This document shows, in pieces, positions 8,843 through 16,426 of a stretch of DNA of 59,045 nucleotides. The position numbers were made by a program, and so were the translations under genes. This DNA comes from a virus. Its lineage: Duplodnaviria; Caudoviricetes. Within the stretch, counting starts at the first letter, position 1. Each line of letters starts with the position of its first letter. Where the stretch lies: IMG/VR virus record IMGVR_UViG_3300034196_000113, positions 1 to 59,045 of that record; one strand, given 5' to 3'. The notes under the pieces are model-generated. The model ran no database searches. It was not told where the DNA came from and was given only the letters and a program-made list of their open reading frames with translations.

Positions 8843-9845
8843 GCCGACATCAACACGGGAACCGTGCCGGATATGCGAAGCCTGGGGTAACGTGGGATCT
8901 GTGTCAACAGTGCGAAGTCGGGCAAAGGGCGAGAACCGTTTCGGAAGTGCGAAGCCGTTGTCAGAGTGTGGACCGCGCCATCTGCGCGAAGTCGGGCGAA
9001 TTGCGAGTACCGAATCAGAAGTGCAAGCCGCCATGTCAACGAGAACCGTGGAAGACAAGCGATCAGTCGAGTTGTGGGCGAGAACCGCGCGCGAAGTGCG
9101 ATAGCCGGGTTCCGCGTATGAAGCGCGCCCGAAATGCGATAGTCGAGAAATCCGCGAGAAACCGTGCGTTTAGTGCGATAGTCGAGAAGTCAGCGGGAAC
9201 CGTGCGGGGGTGCGATGAACGAGCCGAAAAGCCGGCGAGAACCTAAGACCAAATGCGAGTCGTGAAGCCGATGTGAATCGGTATAGTTGTGCGACAATCC
9301 GTAAATATAGCGAGAACCGCATCTTGAGTGAGAAGCCATGAAATTGGCGTGAACCGGAGAAGTTGTGCGATAGCCGCAAAGTATGCGAGAACCGGAAGGC
9401 CGACGCGATAGCCGGGCGGATGCGAGATACCGCAGTCGAGGTGCGAGAAGCCGTGAAGTAGGTCAGAACCGGAAAACGAACGCGATAGCCGTTCCGTCTG
9501 TGGGAACTGTACGTGCGGTGCGATAGCCGCGTAGATCGCTAGAACCGAAGCAAGCGCGCATTAGGTCAATAGCCGTATGAAATGTGAAAACCGGGCCGCG
9601 CGTGCGACGAGCCGACAGACTAGCAAGAACCGAAAACGATGCGCGATCAGCCGCTTGTCCAGCCTGAACCGTATGAAGAATGCGACCAGCCGCAATGCTG
9701 ACGAGAGCCGCGAACCCTGCGCGAGAAGCCGCTAAGAAAGAGTGAACCGTGCCGTCAATGCGATCAGTCGTAATTGACGTGAGAACCGTACAACCTGCGC
9801 GCGAAGCCGCAACATGAGTCTGAACCGTGACAATAAAGCGAGAGC
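8842..9845 (+). ncRNA. TIGR-like array block 2 (~26 units)
   Basis: Continuous ~38-39 nt period with two alternating repeats and unique 9-nt spacers. Confidence 0.9.
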
Positions 9846-9853
9846 AACAAACA

Positions 9854-11044
9854 ATGAATGAAGCAAGTGCGATACCGAGCGACGACAGCGAAAAAGACGG
9901 CAAGAAGTTCAAGAAGAAAGAACTCAAGGAGCAGTTGGCCAAGAAGGCAAAGGAGATCAAAGAGCAGACCAAGGAAATGCTGGAGCAGGAGAAGCCGCCC
10001 GAACAGTTGCAGCCGATGATCCGGCTGAACAAAGACGGGGTTGCCGCCCTGTTGGCCGGGCAATCCGGGGGGCCGATGCCGTCGGCGGGGGTTGCCGGGG
10101 CGTCGAATATCTCCGAGGCGCGCATCCTGGTCGATCTGTATTACGCGATGCAGGAGTACCGCAAGGGCTTCGACAATCAGGTGGGGGCCATCGAGCGGGG
10201 GGCCGATCAGGCGACCACGCACGTCAGCGCAGACTTCATCGGCACCCAAATCGACGTGCTGGAGAGCAACGCCAAGCTGTTCCTCGAGGTGTTCGCGTCC
10301 TCGCATCCCATGTGGGGCTGGTTTAAGGCCGTGCATGGGATCGGTCCCGTGCTCGCCGCCGGGCTCATTGCCCACTTCGGAAGCCGCGCCCTCCCGCCCA
10401 CGGTGGGCCATTGGTGGCGATTCGCAGGCCTCGATCCCAGCCAACGATGGTTGAAAGCCGATGCGCTGTCCGACCTGTGGAACGAGCAGGAAGGCGACAT
10501 CGACCAGCGGACCCGCAACGTCGCGGCCATTGTGGGCCGCTCGCCCGACACGGTGATTCGGGATGCGACCGTCGATTTTAAGACCGGGGAGACCAAGCCG
10601 CTGACCCGGGCGGGAGCGCTCAAATCGTTGGCGCGGATTCCGTTCAATCGGCCATTGAAGACCCTTTGTTGGAAGGTCGGAGATCAATTCGTGAAGCTGG
10701 GGGCCAGAGAGGACGCCTTTTATGCTCGGTATTACCGCAACCGCAAAGCCCAAGAGATCGCCCGCAATGAGGCCGGCGAGCGTGCCGCATTGGCTGCGAA
10801 GACCTTATCTGAAAAACCGAGCCATGCGCAACGGGCGACCTATGCGGACGGGCGCTTACCGGACGGGCGGGTAGACTTAATGGCGAGACGGGCGACCGTC
10901 AAGTTGTTTCTCTCTCATTTGCATGAAGTGTGGTGGAGGGTCGAGCATGACGGAGAAATGCCGCCGAAGCCATTCTCTGTAAGCATTCAGGGTCATGCAC
11001 ATTACATACCGCCACCACACTTGGATGCCGTAGGGCTGGAATAG
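9854..11044 (+). CDS. Nop/IS110-like RNA-binding protein without a nuclease domain (TasA-like)
   Basis: HGIGPVLAAGLIA...WWRFAGLDP...PFNRPLKTLCW...FYARYY...MARRATVKLFLSHL match the Transposase_20/Nop fold; no N-terminal DEDD RuvC motif; flanked by arrays. Confidence 0.85.
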   Translation: MNEASAIPSDDSEKDGKKFKKKELKEQLAKKAKEIKEQTKEMLEQEKPPEQLQPMIRLNKDGVAALLAGQSGGPMPSAGVAGASNISEARILVDLYYAMQEYRKGFDNQVGAIERGADQATTHVSADFIGTQIDVLESNAKLFLEVFASSHPMWGWFKAVHGIGPVLAAGLIAHFGSRALPPTVGHWWRFAGLDPSQRWLKADALSDLWNEQEGDIDQRTRNVAAIVGRSPDTVIRDATVDFKTGETKPLTRAGALKSLARIPFNRPLKTLCWKVGDQFVKLGAREDAFYARYYRNRKAQEIARNEAGERAALAAKTLSEKPSHAQRATYADGRLPDGRVDLMARRATVKLFLSHLHEVWWRVEHDGEMPPKPFSVSIQGHAHYIPPPHLDAVGLE

Positions 11045-11046
11045 AG

Positions 11047-12826
11047 AGTCGTACAGCGCGCGAGAATCGACGCCAGAGTGCGAGCCTGGCGAGAGGTCTG
11101 AACCGAATCGAACGCGCGACAAGTCGAGTAGTACGCGAGAACCGTATGCCAAGCGCGAGAAGCCTGGATTTTGGCGAGAACCGTACCAAGCACGCGATAG
11201 CCGTCTTGGAGGCGAGAACCTGACAAATAGTGCGATAAGTCGGGCCTTTTGTGGGAACCGTATAAACGGCGCGACCAGCCGCAGCTCCAACAAGAACCGT
11301 CCCGCCCGTGCGATAGCCGTGGGATCTATGTGAACCGGGCGAAAGGAGCGACAAGCCGAATTCCAGGCGTGAACCGAATGCGAAGCGCGACAAGTCGTGA
11401 ATACTGCGTGAGCCGTACAAGAGGCGCGACCAGTCGAAAACCAAACGTGAACCGAAACCGATACGCGATTAGCCGTATTGGCTGTGGGAATCTACACCGT
11501 GGCGCGATAGCCGGGCCTTTGGCGAGAACCGTATTCGCAACGCGAGAAGCCGCACAGTTCGCGTGAACCCCTTGTCTGGTGCGACAAGCCGTGAAGCTAG
11601 TGAGAACCGAACACTGAGTGCGAGAAGCCGTGAAGCGTGCGAGAACCGTCAATCTAACGCGAGAAGCCGTGAACCGTGAGTGAATCGTCACGCGAACGCG
11701 ATAAGTCGAGCAGGCGACGAGAACCGAGTAGCGGACGCGATAGCCGTGATAAAAGCGGAGAACCCGAACACCAAACGCGATAGCCGCGGACTCGGCGTGA
11801 ACCGAGCAGTTCGCGCGATGAATGATCCGGGATGAAGGCGAGTACCGTTGAGGTAGCGACCAGCCGTGAAAGCCAAGAGAACCGTCGCGGATATGCGAGA
11901 AGCCGCGAAGAAGACGTGAACCGAAAGCGTAGTGCGAGAAGCCGCGAAGAAGACGTGAACCTAAGGCGTAGTGCGATAAGCCTCACGTATACGAGAACCG
12001 TGGAGGCGTGCGATGAAAGAGCCGTGAATTACGTTAGAATCGTAGCCGTCGCGCGATGAGTCGAGAAAATAGCGAAAACCGTTTCTAGAGTGCGATGAGT
12101 CCAGAAAAGAGTGAGAAACCGCCGGAATAGTGCGATCCGCGCCAAACGCGAAAGCCGGGCCTAGTGTGAATAGCCCGTAGAGATATGAGAAACCGAGAGA
12201 ATTGAGCGAGTCTTGAGGGTACACGAAGCGAACTACGCGTGCGATAAGCCGGAAGTAAAGCCAGAACCGATTCTCGCGTGCGACCAGCCGTGGGAGTAAG
12301 TGTAACCGTCGGGCCGGCGCGACCAGCCGTTAATCAGGTGGGAACCGTCTATAAAGTGCGAGAAGCCGCGGATCGTGTTTGAACCGACTGGGCCATGCGA
12401 GAAGCCGCGCGGTTCGCGAGAACCGAAATGAAGGCGCGACAAGCCGACGAACTAACACGAACCGTTATCGGGGTGCGACCAGCCAATTGAACTGGCGAGA
12501 ACCGCGTGGGTGATGCGAGAAGCCGTGACAGGCATTTGAACCGTGTAGGTAATGCGACCAGCCGCCTAACTGGCGAGAACCGTAAGAAAAACGCGACCAG
12601 CCGTGTCTAATGAGTGAATCGTGCCGATGGTGCGAGAAGCCTTCAACCCAGTGTGAATCGGAAGAACTGTGCGACCAGCCGTCAGTTCAGCGAGAATCTG
12701 AGTTGGAGTGCGATAAGCCGGCAGACAGAGCGAACCGGAATAAGGAGCGAAGCCGTATGATCACGCGTGCCGACCCAAAGCGCGATCAGTCGAGATAGCC
12801 AAGAGAACCGGTGAAGTCGCGCGATG
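11047..12826 (+). ncRNA. TIGR-like array block 3 (~46 units)
   Basis: Starts 2 nt after the Tas stop codon; e.g. agccg tgaagctag tgagaaccg aacactgag tgcgaga agccg. Confidence 0.9.
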
Positions 12827-13126
12827 GAGTACCCTACTCTTTGCCGCAGGGATGCGGCACCACTCGGCGATCAGAGTTCTACGATGATAAAGCTCAAGAA
12901 ACTGAACAAAGAGAAGTGGGAAGCAATCGAATACCTCACGATTTGGCAGTTCGCTTGTATTGCCAACGACGTGGAGCCGCCGGAGTCGTTAGAGGAATTC
13001 CTGGACTCGTATGCCGGGTTCGTGCATATCGGGGTCTTGTTTATGATGCTCTCTATTGCAGAGAAAGCCGGTCAATTCGAGATTATAAAAAACCCCGACG
13101 AGCCGGATAAGAAGGTTGTTCACTGA
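12824..13126 (+). CDS. Hypothetical protein
   Basis: 100-aa ORF whose ATG lies within the last edge repeat (gcgATG); an internal start (MIKLKK) is possible. Confidence 0.6.
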   Translation: MEYPTLCRRDAAPLGDQSSTMIKLKKLNKEKWEAIEYLTIWQFACIANDVEPPESLEEFLDSYAGFVHIGVLFMMLSIAEKAGQFEIIKNPDEPDKKVVH

Positions 13127-13141
13127 GCGGGCGATACCGGA

Positions 13142-14092
13142 ATGAGCCAAGACTTGATCGTTGTGCAGAAAGGCGACCCGTGGGAGCCCCCGGCGATCAT
13201 CTACGATCTGCCGGCCGAGCAGTATTTCGGCATCGAAGCGGCCAGCTCGCATTTGTTGTCCGCGATGGTGCGGCAATCCCCGCTGCACGCGAAGACCGAG
13301 AAGCCGCCGACCAAGGCCAAAGACCTGGGGTCGCTGGCCCACCTGATGATCCTGGAGCCCGACCGGGCGGCGACGGACGTGCAGGTTAAGCCGCGCAATG
13401 CCGACCGTGCGAGCAATGCCGGGAAGCGGGCGCTGGTGGGGTGGATGCTGGAGATATTGAAATGTCCCGAGCCGGCGACGACCCCGGGGCTTGCGCCGGG
13501 CAAGGCGCTGGACGAAATGCTCGCGGTGCTGGAGCCCATGCTTGCAACGTCCGATGCGTTCGTGGCGACCCAGCAAACATTCGAGACGGCGCAGCGGATG
13601 CGCGATTCGGTATTTGCCAAGGCGATTGGGCGGGCTATCTTTGAAGACGGGAAAGCGGAAGTGACGATGCTCGCCAAAGATCCGGAGACCGGCGTGCTGT
13701 GCCGGATCAGGGCGGATTGGATGCCCGATGGCCACTGGTTGATGGTGGATCTGAAATCGGCGGCGAGCGTGTGTTACGACGAGTTTGCCAAGGCGGCGGG
13801 GAAATATAACTACCATATCCAAGCCGCGTTTTATCGGCATGTGGAAGCGCTGGTCAGCGGCGTCTTGAAGAAAAAATTCCTGCATGTGGTGGTAGAAAAC
13901 GTCGAGCCGTTCGACTGTGCATTCTACGAGCTGGACGAGGTTGCTCTGGATCACGGGACGCGGCGCTACGAACAGGGACTCGATTTATATGCCCGCTGTA
14001 TGTTGGCGGGATATTTCCCGGGGGTGCAATGGGATTGGGGGGTCAACGATTACCGGATCGAGTCGCTGCAATTGCCCAAGTGGGCGCTGTAG
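13142..14092 (+). CDS. RecE/ExoVIII-like PD-(D/E)XK exonuclease (DUF3799-like)
   Basis: GSLAHLMILEP, CRIRADW...VDLKS, Y.YHIQAAFY. Confidence 0.85.
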   Translation: MSQDLIVVQKGDPWEPPAIIYDLPAEQYFGIEAASSHLLSAMVRQSPLHAKTEKPPTKAKDLGSLAHLMILEPDRAATDVQVKPRNADRASNAGKRALVGWMLEILKCPEPATTPGLAPGKALDEMLAVLEPMLATSDAFVATQQTFETAQRMRDSVFAKAIGRAIFEDGKAEVTMLAKDPETGVLCRIRADWMPDGHWLMVDLKSAASVCYDEFAKAAGKYNYHIQAAFYRHVEALVSGVLKKKFLHVVVENVEPFDCAFYELDEVALDHGTRRYEQGLDLYARCMLAGYFPGVQWDWGVNDYRIESLQLPKWAL

Positions 14093-14134
14093 CGCGCCGG
14101 GACCATTCTTCACTTTGCGAGAGCACCCAAGCCC

Positions 14135-15418
14135 ATGCCCAACGAAATGGCAACGATTCAGTCGTCGAACGAAATGACGCTGGTCTCCCGGCCGCAACCC
14201 GTCAACATTTTCGGTACACCGGAGAATTTCGCCTTTGCCGCCCGGATGGCCAAAGCCTTCACCAGTTCGGCCTTGGTGCCTAAGCACTACCGGGGCGAGG
14301 AAAACCTGGGGAGCGTCCTGATCGCAATCGACCTGGCGAACCGGCTGGACGTGTCCCCGCTCATGGTCATGCAAAATATGTCCCCTATCGAGGGCAAGCC
14401 GGCCTGGAGTTCCAAGTTCCTGATCGCGGCCGTGAACGCGAGCGGGCGCTTTACCCCGTTGCGGTTCAAATTCGAGCGGGACGAGAAGCCGCACGACGTG
14501 GAGTGGACCGACTACGTGTGGGGCGACGGGAAGCGCCCGACGCCCACGAAGAAGGTGGCGAAGGACATTTTGAACCGACGGTGCCGCGCCTACGCGACGG
14601 ATCTGCGCACCGGCCTGGAGTTGGAAGGGCCGGAAGTCTCCATCGTCATGGCCATCCAAGAGCGATGGTATTTCCGCAATGGGTCCAAATGGCCCACGAT
14701 GGGCGAGCTGATGCTGAGCTACCGGGCCGCGAGCCTTTGGACCGGCATCTTCGCGCCCGAGCAGACGATGGGGTTGCCCACGGCAGACGATGCGGCCGAC
14801 GCGATCGATGTCACGCCCGAGCGGGTGATGGAGACGAAGGAACCGGAAGTGGCCAGCGGATTGGACTCGCTGTCGGCGCGGGCCCGCGAACTGCGCGAGA
14901 AGGAGACGGACGCAGGGCCCACCGAGCCCGAGCCCACCCCCGCGCCCAAGGAAGCCAAGAAAGCGCCCGAGGACGATGCCGATGCGGATGTGTCGGGCGA
15001 ATGGCCCCGCGCCGCGCCCAATGGCGTGCTCTACGACGCCCGCGGCGTAACGCATATCCCCGGCTGTCACTCGGGCGGAAAGACCTGTAACCGGGACGGG
15101 TCTTGGCGGCTGCGTAAGGGAGTGGCCGAAGTGGCGGCGAACGCGATGGAAGCCCGCTACCCGAGAGTCGACCCGAAGAGCCTCGAGGCCCCTCCCCCGC
15201 CGGATGACGAACCCGGCGAGGCGTTCGCGGCGCCAACAAAAGGCGGGGACAATGACGGCCCCAGTTACGACGACGCCCTAGAGTGGATCGCGTCGGCCGA
15301 TACCACCGAAGAAGTCGACGGGGGTCTGGACGCGGCGCGCGATCTGGATCTTAGCGAGGGACAGCGGGCGGATCTCGTGGAGTATGCCGAGAAGCGCCGG
15401 GCGGAATTGATGAGGTAG
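14135..15418 (+). CDS. RecT/Beta-like ssDNA annealing protein with a long acidic C-terminus
   Basis: AKAFTSSALVPKHYRG...IAIDLANRLDVSPLMVMQN...GKPAWSSKFLIA; ML.YRAA; adjacent to the exonuclease. Confidence 0.75.
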   Translation: MPNEMATIQSSNEMTLVSRPQPVNIFGTPENFAFAARMAKAFTSSALVPKHYRGEENLGSVLIAIDLANRLDVSPLMVMQNMSPIEGKPAWSSKFLIAAVNASGRFTPLRFKFERDEKPHDVEWTDYVWGDGKRPTPTKKVAKDILNRRCRAYATDLRTGLELEGPEVSIVMAIQERWYFRNGSKWPTMGELMLSYRAASLWTGIFAPEQTMGLPTADDAADAIDVTPERVMETKEPEVASGLDSLSARARELREKETDAGPTEPEPTPAPKEAKKAPEDDADADVSGEWPRAAPNGVLYDARGVTHIPGCHSGGKTCNRDGSWRLRKGVAEVAANAMEARYPRVDPKSLEAPPPPDDEPGEAFAAPTKGGDNDGPSYDDALEWIASADTTEEVDGGLDAARDLDLSEGQRADLVEYAEKRRAELMR

Positions 15419-15420
15419 GA

Positions 15421-15537
15421 AGTCGTCGCGGTTGCGAGAACCGAGACTTGCGTGCGAGAAGCCTTGCGAGAAGCGAGAACCGCTAACGACGTGCGACAAG
15501 CCGTCCGAAAGACAAGAACCGTCCCGCGAGTGCGATG
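15421..15537 (+). ncRNA. TIGR-like array block 4 (3 units)
   Basis: agtcg tcgcggttg cgagaaccg agacttgcg tgcgaga..., starting 2 nt after the RecT-like stop codon. Confidence 0.85.
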
Positions 15538-15543
15538 CTAACC

Positions 15544-15574
15544 GGGTGGGCCGCAGGGCCCACCCTCCCCTTTT
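15544..15574 (+). terminator. Putative intrinsic terminator closing the array operon
   Basis: gggtgggcc-gcag-ggcccaccc hairpin followed by tcccctttt, between convergent operons. Confidence 0.6.
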
Positions 15575-15968
15575 AGTAATGCGCCGCCGGAGGAACCGGG
15601 CCCGGGTCTTCGGTGCCGGGCAGCAACTCCGGGTCGGGCTGGGGCTCGCCTTCTCCACCTTCCCCACCTTCCCCGGGCAGCGAATGGGCCGAGACGGCTT
15701 CCGCAAGCACCTGAGTTTGCGCGTCGAGCGCATCGCGTAGGGCCGTGAGTGCGGCCGGATCGTTCTCGGCAATCGCTTCGTCGAGCTTGTCGCGGATGCC
15801 GGTGATGAGGGTAACCGCCGAGTCGATGGCGCCGCGATTTTCTTCCACTTCCGCGCGCAGACTGTCGAGTAGCTGGGACATAGTATGTGTTCGCTCCAAG
15901 AGAATATCGAGTTGGGCCGTCATTGTAGAGTCCGGTTGGACGAAGACCCGCACTTCTACGAGAGGCAT
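15573..15968 (-). CDS. Hypothetical coiled-coil phage protein
   Basis: LRAEVEENRGAIDSAVTLITGI helical ORF; start may be at 15881. Confidence 0.65.
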   Translation of the reverse strand: MPLVEVRVFVQPDSTMTAQLDILLERTHTMSQLLDSLRAEVEENRGAIDSAVTLITGIRDKLDEAIAENDPAALTALRDALDAQTQVLAEAVSAHSLPGEGGEGGEGEPQPDPELLPGTEDPGPVPPAAHY

Positions 15969-16004
15969 TGGGTTAGACCTTTGTGTGTCGCCGGAAGAAT
16001 AGCA

Positions 16005-16421
16005 TCAAACTGCCTGGGTGGTGACGAACGCGGCGGTTACCCGGTAGATCCGATCCGGCCACTGTGAAACCGCTTCGACCTGGACCAGTTCTTCGACCTC
16101 CAGGCCCCCCTCGCTTTGGGACCGGTCGAACATCACGGCGAAGGTGACCGCATTGCCGATGGTCAACGTCCGCTCGGGATCGGCCGGATCGTTGAACAAC
16201 ACCTTGAGCGCTTGCAGTTCCTCCAGGTTGAAGAGCCCGCAATAGCCGTCGGAGATTTGGCCGGTCTGGATGACGATGCGCCGCCCGGAGAGCATCGTAC
16301 TCTGCTCGATTAGGAGCGCGCCGGTTAGAAGTTGGGTGTGTTCCTGCATCAAGGGCGAAAAGCCATGCCGGTTGTTCCAAACCACCCCCTGCGGAAAGGT
16401 GAAGTCGTCGAGCGTTACCAT
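16005..16421 (-). CDS. Virion tail protein
   Basis: Probable start MVTLDDF at 16421; LTGALLIEQ...GRRI motif typical of siphophage tail-tip accessory proteins. Confidence 0.65.
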   Translation of the reverse strand: MVTLDDFTFPQGVVWNNRHGFSPLMQEHTQLLTGALLIEQSTMLSGRRIVIQTGQISDGYCGLFNLEELQALKVLFNDPADPERTLTIGNAVTFAVMFDRSQSEGGLEVEELVQVEAVSQWPDRIYRVTAAFVTTQAV

Positions 16422-16426
16422 AATTT

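Noticed and set aside
9827-11044. Ordinary IS110 insertion sequence transposase
   Set aside because: No N-terminal DEDD RuvC domain or catalytic SG loop; embedded in guide-like arrays rather than IS ends
8835-12798. ORFs predicted across the arrays (e.g. 8839-9246, 9463-10125, 11326-11986)
   Set aside because: Their Arg/Ser/Ala-repetitive translations are by-products of the repeat pattern
8155-12826. CRISPR array
   Set aside because: There are two alternating 9-12 nt degenerate repeats with 9-nt spacers, not 25-40 nt repeats with ~30-nt spacers, and no cas genes
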